From positions 4,340,001 through 4,404,000 of the forward strand of contig NC_043022.1 in assembly GCF_006345805.1 (NCBI RefSeq): DNA of 64,000 nucleotides, written 5' to 3'. The position numbers were made by a program, and so were the translations under genes. The notes beneath the pieces were generated by a model. That model ran no database searches. It was not told the DNA's origin and saw only the letters and a list, made by a program, of their open reading frames with translations. This DNA is from Octopus sinensis. Taxonomy: Eukaryota. Positions 38,770-50,749 of the stretch are shown in pieces (positions within the stretch are counted from its first letter, which is position 1; each line of letters begins with the position of its first letter).

Positions 38770-38830
38770 GAATGTGACGAGAGAGAGTGAATGTTATAAA
38801 AGAAAGAGAGAGAGAGAGAAGAGAGAGGGG
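36785..38830. repeat. ~2 kb purine-rich (GA) tract
   Basis: Strong strand asymmetry; includes a 34-bp unit (GAAAGATTGATAGAGAGATTCAAAGAGAGAGGGG) three times at ~36850-36950. Confidence 0.9.
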
Positions 38831-39302
38831 GAACGTGTGCGCGTGTGTGTGTGTGTGTGTGACAACTGTTTGTAACAAGTGTAATAGATATATCAGTACA
38901 CAGGAAATTTAGCAGCGAACCGAAGAGGCAACATGAGGCCGAGGTATATAACACGTCACGTCGATGATAGAAGCACGGAATAGCAAATATTGACATTTGT
39001 TAGAGAGAAATTAAAGCGGAAAGACAGAGAGAAGGAGAGACAGAGTGAGAGAAGCCGGCATGTTGGTTGTCACCCCTTCCTCTTCCATTTCCTCTCTTTT
39101 CCAAAATGTTCGAAGCAGAAAAACAAGGGAGGCAACTTTGAACTGTCTTAAAACACAAAAACCTCACAAAACGGCTCAGAAAGACGAGAAATAGGATTTT
39201 CTCTCTTAAATAGGAACATTAAGGGACACACACGCACCTGCGTGAGGGTATCTGCGTGTCTATATATGATATATATATATACAATGCGCGTGCACAACAT
39301 TC

Positions 39303-39488
39303 GTTTACTTGTTTCAGTCATTTGACTGCGGCCATGCTGGAGCATCGCCTTTAGTCGTACAAATCGACCCCAGGACTTATTCTATCCGTCTCTTTTGCCG
39401 AACCGCTAAGTTACGGAGACGTAAATAACACCAACATTGGTTGTCAAGCGATGGTGGCGGGGGACAAACAAAGACACAAATATATACG

Positions 39489-39554
<66 letters not shown>

Positions 39555-39717
39555 ATATGACGGGCTTCTTTCAGTTTCCATCTACCAAATTCACTCGCAA
39601 GCTTTTGGTCGGCCCAAGGCTGTAGTAGAAGACACTTGCCCAAGGTGCCAAACAGTGGGACTGAACCCGGAACCATGTGGTTGGGAAGCAAGCTTCTTAC
39701 CACACAGCCACTCCTAC
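39303..39717 (-). mobile_element. SINE family A, full length, fairly young
   Basis: Collinear with consensus; expanded internal (TA)(TG). Confidence 0.92.
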
Positions 39718-39896
39718 ACCTATACACACACCACACACACATACATATCTATAATTCTATTCTCTTTCACTCGTTAGACAGCAGCCATGCTGGAGCACCA
39801 CCTCGAAGGACTTGCAGTCGATCAAATCCACCCCAGCACTTGATTCTTTTTCAAAAAAGGTTGTCAAGCAGAGAGGCACAAATAAGCACATCGACT

Positions 39897-40262
39897 CTGT
39901 AGTAAGAAGCTTGCTTCCCAACCACATGGTTCCGGGTTCGGTACCACTGTGTGACACCTTCGGCAAGTGTCTTCTACTATAGCCTCAGGCCTAGATTTGG
40001 TAGAGGGAAACTGAAAGAAGCCCATCGCACATATATGTGTGTGTGTGTTTATGTTTGTTTGTTTGTCCCCCACCACCACTTGGCAACCGGTGTTGGCATG
40101 TTTACGTCCCCGTAGCATAGCAGTTCAACAAATAAGCCCAATAGAACAAATACCAGGCTAACAAGAAAATAACTACCTGGGTCGATTCATTTGACTGAAA
40201 GAAAAAATACTTCAAGACGGTGCCCCAGCAGGGCCGCAATCTAATGACTGGAACAAGTAAAA
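39897..40262 (+). mobile_element. SINE family A, near full length
   Basis: Head through tail present. Confidence 0.85.
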
Positions 40263-40555
40263 AAAAAAATTAAGAGACAAAAGATTAACATCGCCTTTTT
40301 CCATGCTGGCATGGGTTGGACGCTTTTGACATGAACAGACGACCTAGAGGGCAGCCCTTATTCTAACGTCCACTTTGCCATGGTTGAGATACAAAGGATA
40401 TCATTTCAGGGGTCCCTAACAGGTGATGACTTAGCTTTCATTTCTTTTCAGAAGGTAGCTCGTTAGAAATAACGAAGGCAGCCAGATGAAACTTTGAATA
40501 ATGGATAACATGTACCACCATAGAAGATATAAATGTGTGTGTGTGTGTTTTATCA

Positions 40556-40925
40556 TTTCCTTGTTTCAATCACTAGACTGCGACCACGCTGGGGCACCAC
40601 CTTGAAGAATCTTGCTGAATAATTTGGCTCCAGGGCTTTTTTTTTTGGTTAAAGCCTAGTACTTATTCTTTCAGTCTCTTTTGCTGAACTGCAAAATTAC
40701 ATGGCTGTAAACAAACCAATACCGCTCAAACGTGCACACACTCACACACACACACATATACATACAAAGGACTTCTTTCAGTTTCTGTCTATCAAATCAA
40801 TTTATGAGGCATTGGCCAGCCTGAGGTTTATAGCAGAAGACACTTGCCCTAGGTGCCACACAGTGGGACTGAACTCGGAACCATGTGGTTGGGAAGCAAA
40901 CTTCTTACCATGCAGCGATGCCAGC
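40556..40925 (-). mobile_element. SINE family A, degenerate full length
   Basis: Collinear reverse complement. Confidence 0.8.
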
Positions 40926-40966
40926 ACCTATACATACATACATACATACATACATACATACACACG

Positions 40967-41445
40967 CAGAGTGCAGTGAAAGCATTTGAGGAGGCCAGGG
41001 TAGCGCCTGCAAGACACAAGAGAGATTTAAAGAAGCATGTTGTGATCGAGAAGGTGAATCTTAGGGACCTTTTTGTGGGCACAATTTGTGACAGACCATT
41101 TCTTTCTTTTGCTGGGCTCAAATCTCATTTGCGAACCCATGGAAAACAAACCTCCACTAAATACTCAGCTTATATATCTGTGCCTATCTTTCAATGCCAG
41201 GTATGCTATAAGGCCTGCAAATCTAATGGAGGCCTCAAAAAATTTTTTTTAATCCACAAAGATTAGAACTTAACTGTAGCTCTTAGTAATCTAAGTTGGA
41301 TATGCAATCTCTGTGGGTCTTTTTGTTACATTGTCTGGTTTAAAAAGCTACATCAGACACTATGATGGATCTAAGGTGTTGGTAGATACAAGAGGTGGTC
41401 AGACTCTGCATAAGGAGTAGACAACTATCACACACACACACACAA
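40967..41445 (+). pseudogene. 5'-truncated RTE-type LINE 3' end with three degenerate C2H2-like fingers
   Basis: AVKAFEEARVAPARHKR...TICDRPFLSFAGLKSHLRTH...CQVCYKACKSNGGLKKFFLIH; a third finger follows the stop (CNLCG, then FVTLSGLKSYIRH after a frameshift); (CA)n tail. FE..R....KR followed by a CCHH finger is the usual RTE ORF2 C-terminus. Confidence 0.7.
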
Positions 41446-41554
41446 ACCAACAACAATAAAACACCATCTCCCTGTCTATTTCAGTTACCCTTCATTCACA
41501 CACTGCTCTCCTGGTGGTTTGTGGCCAATTATAATTTTAAAAGTAGGCAGCAAG

Positions 41555-41735
41555 CTAGTGGTATCATTAGCACACCGGACACTGTACATTCTGGGTTCAA
41601 ATAACAAAAAGGTTTAAATTGACTTTCATTCTTTCTAGGTTGATAAAATAAGCACCAGTTAAGTACCGAGATCCAAGTTAATCAATTAAACCATCCCTTT
41701 AAAATTGTTCACCTTGAGCCAAAATTAGAAAGAAT
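41555..41735 (+). mobile_element. SINE family C, old
   Basis: GGGTTCAAAT B-box, TTGACTTTCATTCTTT...GATAAAATAAGCACCAG, ATT tail remnant. Confidence 0.65.
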
Positions 41736-41788
41736 TAGTATTATTCAAACATCTAGTGGTGGATAAGAGTGATTATGTTTCCTCAAAG

Positions 41789-41938
41789 AAACTCTAGTTG
41801 TCAATGAGGATGAACTAATTGATCAATTTCAGAAGACTTTTGAGGAACAGAACTACAAGAGAAACCCTTGGCCTGGCAATGTTACTGAGGAGCACTACCA
41901 GTTCAAAATAGATTCTATGGGAACAAAAGTGGCACCGG
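41789..41938 (+). CDS. Candidate internal coding exon of an unidentified gene (150 nt, phase 1/1)
   Basis: Acceptor TTATGTTTCCTCAAAG| (alternative TAG| at 41797), donor CCGG|GTAAGG; non-repetitive and stop-free; encodes TLVVNEDELIDQFQKTFEEQNYKRNPWPGNVTEEHYQFKIDSMGTKVAP. No homologue recognised. Confidence 0.45.
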
Positions 41939-42170
41939 GTAAGGCTGACTGGGATTTGCGACAAAACCAATGCTGCAGGCATTGACTTGTCATGTCAAAG
42001 AGCTGTTAAAGCATGTAAGGCTTAACTCATTGCGAGGATTGCCCCACCAGCCACCTTTCACAAGGCTGAGCAGGCAGTGTCCCTCTGTCCAGTGGCAATG
42101 GCAAAGGTTGTATGGTGGACAAGGCTGAAAGCATAGAGGAAAGACATGTACCTCTTTGGTCAAGCCTTCA

Positions 42171-42455
42171 TTATCATCATTATTCAATGTCCCCTGTCTG
42201 TGCTGGTTCAACAGGAGCTGGAAAGTGAGAGAGCTGAACCTGGATCCGATTCTGCTTTGGAATGGTTTCTAAGGTTGGATGCCTTATTAAGGCCAAGCAA
42301 TTTACAGAGAGTTCTGAGTGCTTTTTAAATGGTGCTGGCTTGGGTACTCTCTACATGAGCGCTCTCTAAGTGGGGCTGACACGGATGCTCTTTACATGGC
42401 ACCAGCATGAGTGTACATCGTGGTGTTGGCACAGGTGCTTTATATATGGTGCCAG
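42171..42455 (-). mobile_element. SINE family B, old
   Basis: (CAT)n tail and GGATGCCTTATTAAGGCC core variant. Confidence 0.7.
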
Positions 42456-42679
42456 CACATGAAGAAGGAAGTGCTATCTCCCGGTGAATTTGTGAAGAGG
42501 GAGGGGCATCTGTGGCCAAAATGTTAGAATGAATGGCCCTACTCTATAATTACCCCTATAAATTTGAGCACAGTCAAGGGTGCACACATGCCTTTGGTGG
42601 TCAGGGTGATCCTGAAACTTTGGGGTTCCTTGATTGGCCCCAGATGGAGTATCTCCCGCATCGCAAGTTTGCACATACT

Positions 42680-43197
42680 TATTCTTTTACTTGTTTCAGT
42701 TATTTGACTGGCCATGCCGGAGCACCGCTTTAAAGGGTTTTAGTCGAGGAAATCAACCCCAAGACTTACTCTTCGTAAGCCTAGTACTTATTCCATCGGT
42801 CTTTTGCTGAACCACTGAGTTACTAGGACATAAATACCAACACCAACGGTTGCCAAGTGATGGTGGGGGGACAAACACAGACATAAATAAATAAATAAAT
42901 AAATACTATATATATATATAATACTCTTGGAGTGGTGAGCATCAGGAAGGGCATCCAGCCACAGAAAACCATGCCAAATCAGATTGGAGTCTGGTGCAGC
43001 CAGCCCTGGTCAAGCCATCCAAACCATGCCACAGCATGGACAACAGAAATTAAATGATGGGCTTCCTTCAGTTTCCATCTACCAAATCCACTCGTAAGGC
43101 TTTGGTTGGCCTGAGGCTATAGTAAAAGACATTTATCATGGCGCCATGCAGCAAGATGGAACCGGGAACCATGTGGTTGAGAAGCAAGCTTCTTATC
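42680..43197 (-). mobile_element. SINE family A split by a family B copy (+, ~42920-43058)
   Basis: A tail half 42680-42890, A head half 43058-43197. Confidence 0.75.
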
Positions 43198-43344
43198 GAA
43201 TTTCATCATCTTTTTTCCTTTCTTTCCACACACAAATTATAGACTGTACTTTTAATGTCCCCTTCACCTATGCCCCTATGGCAGATGAGACATCATCATC
43301 ATCATCATCATCATTAGTCCTCCTCATCCTTTGCCCAGGTAGCA

Positions 43345-43610
43345 AAGAAATTATTATTATTATTATTATTATTACCATTATTACTATTATTATTATTATC
43401 ATTTATAACCATTATTATTATTATTACCATTATTATTATCATTATTATCATTATTATTATTACCATTATTACTATTATTATTATTATCATTTATTACCAT
43501 TATTATTATTATTATTATTATCATTATTATCATTATTATTATTACTATTATTACTATTATTATTATCATTTATTACCATTATTATTATTATTACCATTAT
43601 TATTATTACC

Positions 43611-43642
<32 letters not shown>

Positions 43643-43710
43643 TATTATTATTATTATTATTATATTATTATTATTACCATTATTATTATATTATTATTAT
43701 TATTATTATT
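43345..43710. repeat. (TAT/CAT/TAC)n trinucleotide array
   Basis: Direct inspection. Confidence 0.95.
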
Positions 43711-46351
43711 AGACAGTTTGTAATGGCAAGAAATATTAAAGAAAGCTAAACTGAGATTAAATGGCAACAAACTGGCTGGTAATCTCACATTGATAGACTG
43801 GAACCATGCACACAACCATTCACCATCTCCCCCACCTCTCTCTCTCTCTCTCTCCACGTTATAAATTATAAATCTCAGCAATGCCATTTTAGTAAGAGTT
43901 TTAAGTTCATATGTTAAGATTATTTATTCTTAACCTTAACGAAGACATTTATATTCTACGTCCATCCACCACTCAACATTGCAAGACTACAATAATAATA
44001 ATAATGGTTAATAATAATAATAGTAATAATAATAACAATAATAATGGTTAATAATAATAGATTGGTCCAGCCAGTTAGCTTTGGTAATATAGTGCAGTAG
44101 AGGATAGAATGTAATACCATATACATATATATACACACACACACACATATATATATACATACATACATACATACACACACATATATATATATACATACAT
44201 ATATATATATACATACATACACATATATATACATGCATATACTTATATATACACATCATCTTCACATCATGTTAACAGCGCTGAAACCAAGAAGTGCAAA
44301 ACAGCCAGAACTTCAAGACCGACAAGACGCTTCATTAATAATTATTTTATTATTACTAGCTGTTGTTATCATCATCATCATCATCATCATTATTATTATT
44401 ATTACCATTATTTCCCAACCACCCCCATCTTTCCTTCTCCCCCCACCCCGCCCATCCATTTCTGTCTTTCTTATGCTCGATTGTAAAGATTTGCTTAATC
44501 TGCAAAATGTTTGCCGAAACCTTTTTCCTATCCGACTTCCTGGCCGAAATCAATTGAGAATTTATTTCTATGAAATTGAGGTTAAAGTCAATCCGAGTTC
44601 ATCAGCAGAGAACTAATCATTCACTGCAATAACTGCACCGCCGCCACCAACAACAACCGCCACCGCCACCACCAACAACGAACTTCACCTCCACCTTCAC
44701 CGAACGATGGAACGGAGAGCAATTTACAAGACTGAACAGATAGAGAGTGCATGTGTTATCAATGTGCACAGACACATATGCCATATATATAAATATATAT
44801 GTATATATATGTATACGTATGTCTATAGATGTGTATAATTGTGAGGTTATCTCTCTCCCTCTCGCTCTGTGTACGAGTGTCCGTTGGCCAGTTTTCAAGA
44901 TTTACAAAGAGAAAATTACAGCTCTATTTCACCAGAAATTATGGCTCTTTTGCTTGAGGAAATTAGATTTGTTTAGAAGGTGATTGCCTATCAGGGCTAG
45001 GACAGCGGTTGTATGTATTGCTGCCGTACACCGGCTATTGTTACAAATGATTTCCCTCTGAGAGGCAATTCATGCACAAATATATTTTAGATAACAAATG
45101 CATTTACTATTATACTTATATATTTATATACACATGCATGCATGTATGTATGTATATGTCCTATGTGTCACATAGATTTGTGTGTGTGTGTGTGTATGGA
45201 ATGATAACTCTGGAGACTTCAGATTAGTATCTCATAAAGCATATATCTTTATCATGCTTCCCTGAACATGTGTCATCGTTCAACGAGGAAGAATAGAGGC
45301 GGAAGGGGGGGAAGTGGAGATCAAGAGGAGGAGGAGGAGGGAGGCCTGGAGAGTGGACATGAAGATTGAGGGTGGAGGGAAGAGAGGGAAAGCAAAGTGA
45401 AAGGGTAAGTAGGAGAGGAGGGGTGTAGGGAGAGAGAGAGAGAGAGAGAGAAATGGAGAACAGGAGAGGGGACATGCAGACTGAGAGGGAGAGGACGATG
45501 GGGGAGTGGGGGTGGAAGGGAGCAGTGGCCATCAAGAGGAAAATTAGAGAGAGAGAGAGAAGTGGGAGAAGTGGAGGAAAAAGAAGAGCTGAAGAGTAGG
45601 AAGAGAGGCTAAGTGGGAGAGAGATATGGAGGGGGGGGAGTAAAGATCAAGAAGGAGATAGAGAGGGTGGAAGGGGAGGTCGCCATGAAGAGGGAGAGAA
45701 GAGAGGATAAAGTATAGAGTTGAGAGGGAGAATAGAGAGAGAGAGAAAAGAGAGAAAGGAGAGAAAGAGAGGAGAGAGAAGTGGAGCTCTAAAAGAGAAA
45801 CCGATGAAAAGAGAGATTAAGAAATGAACAGCAAGGTGAGAGAGAGAGAGGTGGAAGGAAAAAAAGCAGTGATGAAGAGGAAGAGTAAGATGGGAAGGAA
45901 AGAGAAAGAGAGGGACAACAAGAGGCAGAGAGTAGCTCAGTTTCCCCTCCCCCCCCTCTCTTTCAACCATCACCACCACCACCACTGCAGTCCACCCCAC
46001 CCCACCCCATCACCAATAAACACTGTGAAAGCAAAGTTAACTTTGCACAGAAAAACAATAAACTCAGAGAGAAAAAGAAGCCAGAAATAATTTCAAGTGG
46101 TTTCCAAAGTCCCTCAAGCCAGATAGAATTTCTAAACAATGGTGTGATAAACTGTTCATAGCATTTCAAAGCACATCGACGATGGCGTACATAAAGAGCC
46201 AAGGCAGAATGGAGAAGCTTTCAGCTCAACTCGACCACCACCACCACAACAGACAGTAGTTGGAGTGGCCATGGAGAGCTTCAATCAAACAGTTTAAGAA
46301 AGACAAAAGCATGTTCTTGGACTCCATTACACAAGGACACTCACACGGACA

Positions 46352-46382
<31 letters not shown>

Positions 46383-46411
46383 GTGGGGTTTATGTATAGA
46401 CATACACATAA

Positions 46412-46808
46412 GCGCAGGAGTGGCTGTGTGGTAAGTAGCTTGTTTACCAACCACATGGTTCCGGGTTCAGTCCCACTGCGTGGCACCTTGGGCAAGTGTC
46501 TTCTACTATAGCCCCGAGCCGACCAAAGCCTTGTGAGTGGATTTGGTAGACGAAAACTGAAAGAAGCCCATCGTATATATCTATATATGTATGTATATAT
46601 GTGTGTGTGTCTGTGTTTGTCCCCCTAGCATTGCTTGACAACCGATGCTGGTGTGTTTATGTCCCCATCACTTAGTGGTTTGGCAAAAGAGACCGATAGA
46701 ATAAGTACTGGGCTTACAAAAGAATAAGTCCTGGGGTCGATGTGCTCGACTAAAAAGCGGTGCTCCAGCATGGCCGCAGTCAAATGACTGAAACAAGTAA
46801 AAGAGTAA
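46412..46808 (+). mobile_element. SINE family A, full length, young
   Basis: A-box-like TGGCTGTGTGG; B-box-like GGTTCAGTCCC; CACCTTGGGCAAGTGTCTT resembling the CORE/MIR motif GACCTTGGGCAAGTCACTT; internal TA/TG seed; (AAAAGAGT) tail. Confidence 0.95.
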
Positions 46809-46959
46809 AAAAAAAAAAGTATATATACAATACAGATACACACAAGCAATTATGCATATGGCGTATGTATCATCATCATCACAATCATCACCATTTAACG
46901 TCCGTTTTCCATGCTCGCAAAGGTTGGGAGATTTCACCAGAGTTGGCAAGCTGTAAGGA

Positions 46960-47710
46960 TGCGCCAGACTCACACACACACAGAGTCTATATACCAAATA
47001 CACAAAGACAAAAATGCACACACACACAAATGCATATAATGAATATGGGTACACAATCATGGAGGTGCTCCAGAATGGCCACAGCCACATGGCTGATACA
47101 TAAAATACACACAAACATATAGACACTTGTGTGCAATATATACACACACAATGCATATCTATATTTATACACACACACAACATACATAGTTTGCACACAT
47201 ACATACACCAACATTTAGACACACACACACAAAATAAACATATATTTAGACACACAGACATAACATACATATATTTACATACACACACACACACACACAC
47301 ATCCATATATTTACAAACACACACACAACATCAATATATTTACACACATACACAGACACAACATCCATGTATTTACACACACACACACACATTTACAGAC
47401 ACAACATCCATATATTTACACACACACACACATTTACACACATACAGACACAACATCCATATATTTACACACACACACACACACACAACACATTTACACA
47501 CATACACAACACATTTACACACATACACACACACAACATCCATATATTTACACACACACACACAACACATTTACACACATACATAGACACAACATACACA
47601 CACAAATATCTAGACGAAATTATATGTATAAACACAAACTGATACACATAAATACACACACACACACAACAATAACATAAACCTATGCACACACACACAC
47701 ACACACACCC
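46960..47710. repeat. (CA)n-rich minisatellite
   Basis: Units such as CACAACATCCATATATTTACACACAC. Confidence 0.9.
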
Positions 47711-48900
47711 ATACCATTCTCCAATCAGTCTTCTGCTTCCCCACCACCATCACTACCCTTCTCTCCCCTCCCCCACCCCCACACACCACATTACCAATGT
47801 GGTTTTCATTTCTTATATTCTCCTCCAATTAAGGGTGTATTAACCAGAAAAACCTCTTTCCTCTCTCGTCCAATCGTCGTTGCTTTACCTTGCGGTGCCA
47901 AACTCATGTTTGCCACTTGTCTCCTCCTCATTAGACGACCCAGACAGCTTTTTAATACCTCTGTGATTCTCATCAAAACTACCTTACATCTCTTAATGGA
48001 TGGCACAATGTCTCCACTTACGACAAACACACACAGACACACACAAATATACAAACAGTATCAATATCTCCACCTTATGTCACCACACAGGAGAAACGAG
48101 ATACAATGCATATATATATATATTATATTATATTATATTAGCTGCAGGAGTGGCTGTGTGGTAAGTAGCTTGCTTACCAACCACATGGTTCCCGGTTCAG
48201 TCCTACTGCACAGCAGTGGACGGAACTGAAAGAAGCCTGTCGTATGTGTGTGTATGTATATATATATATATAAGATAACAATACAACAAAAAAAAGAAAG
48301 GCTTAAATGAAAAGAGGTCAAGAGTGTACTTACAATCCTAAAATTCTGAATGGTACATATATAATGTGGCTGGTCGGCACGGCAACTGTCCACATAGACA
48401 CAATCTGGAAAAACAAACAAAAAGGGAATAAGTGAAATTAAAGGGAAATAAATAACAGAAAGAAAAAAACAATAATAATGGTTTCAAATTTTGGCACAAA
48501 GCCGGCAATTTTTCAGGTGGAGTTGGGGTATAATCTTTTCTACTATAGGCACAAGGCCTGAAATTTGGGGAAGGGGGGGTAGTCGATTACATTGACCCCT
48601 GTACTCGATAGATTGCAAAAAAAATAAAAATAAAGGTTGGAATGCCTGAAACAGATGAAACAAAAATAAAGGCACAGGAAACCAAACAAAAGGTATGGAA
48701 GCAATTTCCCCAAGAGGGGGATCAGCCATCTAGGGGTCAGTTAGGGAACCTTAAAAGCCAAAGATTATTCTAAGAAGGCAAAGATCATTTTCCAAATTGT
48801 GCCCTCTGGGCTTGTTCATAATAGGGCCCATTCACTTGGGCCATGCTTGCCCCTTTCACTCCCTTTTAGCAAATACACTAATAAAGCACCTACCTCTTCA

Positions 48901-48936
48901 CCCTCAAGTGCAACTTGAACAAGTTGCACTTGAGGG
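48901..48936. repeat. Perfect 17-bp inverted repeat with a 2-nt spacer
   Basis: CCCTCAAGTGCAACTTG-AA-CAAGTTGCACTTGAGGG. Confidence 0.97.
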
Positions 48937-49063
48937 CTTCACCTCAAGGCTTTAGTCGTCCTGAGACTATAATAGAAGACACTTGCCCAAGGTGCCGTGC
49001 AAAGGGACTGAACCTGGAACCATGTGGTTGGGAAACAAGCTTCGTACCACACAGCCACACCTG
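48937..49063 (-). mobile_element. SINE family A head fragment
   Basis: Truncated at or immediately beside the palindrome. Confidence 0.8.
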
Positions 49064-49104
49064 GGCCTCCATCCATCAAGCCAGCCCACCAGCCAGCTTC
49101 TTTG

Positions 49105-49310
49105 CCTATTATTCTTGGAAGTGTTGCGGGGATAAAGTCCTCAAGCACTCCCTCCACAGAGTCCTGTTAGGGGCAACTATCATTACTCATAACCCTCTTC
49201 TGGGACCAACAGAAACAACGGGGATCATCCAACCAGTGTTGGTCTTCCCCAACATCTCCTGCTGGATAAGCTTGGCTTCAAGAATCCATCTTGCAATTCT
49301 TTCCTAACTG
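49105..49310 (-). pseudogene. Decayed RTE-type LINE 3' fragment
   Basis: Minus-strand frames give ERIARWILEAKL / RRCWGRP / WLDD / APNRTLWRECL, resembling the RTE pattern GxRxxGRPxxxWxD...AxDRxxWR. Confidence 0.6.
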
Positions 49311-49325
49311 TACATTCATAGCAGG

Positions 49326-49722
49326 AGGCGCAGGAGTGGCTGTGCGGTAAGTAGCTTGCTTACGAACCACATGGCTCCGGGTTCAGTCCCACTGCGCGGC
49401 ACCTTGGGCAAGTGTCTTCTACTATAGCCTCGGGCCGACCAAAGCCTTGTGAGTGGATTTGGTAGACGGAAACTGAAAGAAGCCCGTCGTATATATGTAT
49501 GTGTGTGTGTTTGTGTGTCTGTGTTTGTCCCCCTAGCATTGCTTGACAACTGATGCTGGTGTGTTTATGTCCCCGTTACGTAGCGGTTTGGCAAAAGAGA
49601 CCGATAGAATAAGTACTGGGCTTACAAAAGAATAAGTCCCGGGGTCAAGTTGCTCGATTAAAGGCGGTGCTCCAGCATGGCCGCAGTCAAATGACTGAAA
49701 CAAGTAAAAGAGTAAGAGAGAG
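49326..49722 (+). mobile_element. SINE family A, full length, young
   Basis: Closely similar to 46412-46808 and to the reverse complement of 14309-14711. Confidence 0.95.
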
Positions 49723-49872
49723 TATTAGGGCTGTGGCCCCTCAAAGCAGAGGAGCAGCAGCGGCAGCTTCACGTGGAGAAGCATCCTGATTTCAGAGCTG
49801 CATGTACTATCGTGTTTCATTTCCCAGGAGATCCATCAGATGAACAACATTTCAGTCCCTTGGACTTGCTAT

Positions 49873-50350
49873 CAGGGCTGTGGAGTTGAAACAAACATTT
49901 TCGACTCCTCTACATTTGGCACCTCCGACCCTGATCCTTTTATGTAATCAAGTGATTGTGGTCTGCATATCTCAGAAGACATATGCATACCCTTGTACTT
50001 TGAGTAGGCCTCTATGTTATAACCGGTTTATATTAAAGAATAAAAGTATTGGGAGTCGGAGCCAGTATCATCATCATCATCATCGTTTAACGTCCGTTCT
50101 CCATGCTAGCATGGGTTGGACGGTTCGACCGGGGATCTGGGAAGCCAGAAGGCTGCACCAGGCTCCAGTCTTATCTGGCAATGTTTCTACAGCTGGATGC
50201 CCTTCCTAATGCCAACCACTCCGTGAGTGTAGTGGGTGCTTTTTACGTGCCACCTGCACAGGTGCCAGGCGAGGCTGGCAACGGCTATAGTTTTACCAAT
50301 TCCGACTCCAGCTACCCTTAATTGTTTCCGACTCCGAATCCACAGCCCTG
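49873..50350. mobile_element. MITE family Q (probably hAT), interrupted by SINE B
   Basis: 12-bp perfect TIR CAGGGCTGTGGA/TCCACAGCCCTG; subterminal GGAGTCGGA/CCGACTCC motifs; 8-bp flanks match at 5/8 positions. Confidence 0.65.
50067..50290 (-). mobile_element. SINE family B, young
   Basis: (CAT)5-CGTTTAACGTCCG...GGATGCCCTTCCTAATGCCAACC. Confidence 0.9.
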
Positions 50351-50706
50351 CCTGCAACTGTACTCTCCCATGCATTATCTAACATCCATGACCACCAGAC
50401 AGATGAAAAATGCCAGCCCTTCTGGCCATAGGAAGATTAGATGGGGGGAGGTGGTCCTCCCAATCGATTCAAGCAACAGCTGGATCTGTTCTGCGCACGG
50501 CAACAGCTGAATGACATTAAGTCTGTAAGTCCACAATGAACAAATACTGAACAGAGTAAGACGGACAGGTTTTCTCTTATCTGCAGATATTTTGTACAAG
50601 TCCAGCTGATAACACCACCATGTCTGTAGTTAATAGCTTCTTACAATTGTGCACAATCAATGACCGGTACCTATCTTAACTACACAGGTGTGTATGCATG
50701 TATATT

Positions 50707-50747
<41 letters not shown>

Positions 50748-50749
<2 letters not shown>

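Noticed and set aside
45889-46161. About 90-codon open frame without Met
   Set aside because: Mostly low-complexity A/C-rich sequence, ends at TAG 46159, no motif and no donor site.
46412-46500. SINE heads as tRNA genes
   Set aside because: A/B-box-like motifs are present, but there is no closed cloverleaf or acceptor stem and all continue into SINE bodies.
49729-49944. 72-codon open frame with acceptor TTTCATTTCCCAG|GAG at 49827
   Set aside because: Its 3' third is the terminus of MITE Q and the donor is weak.
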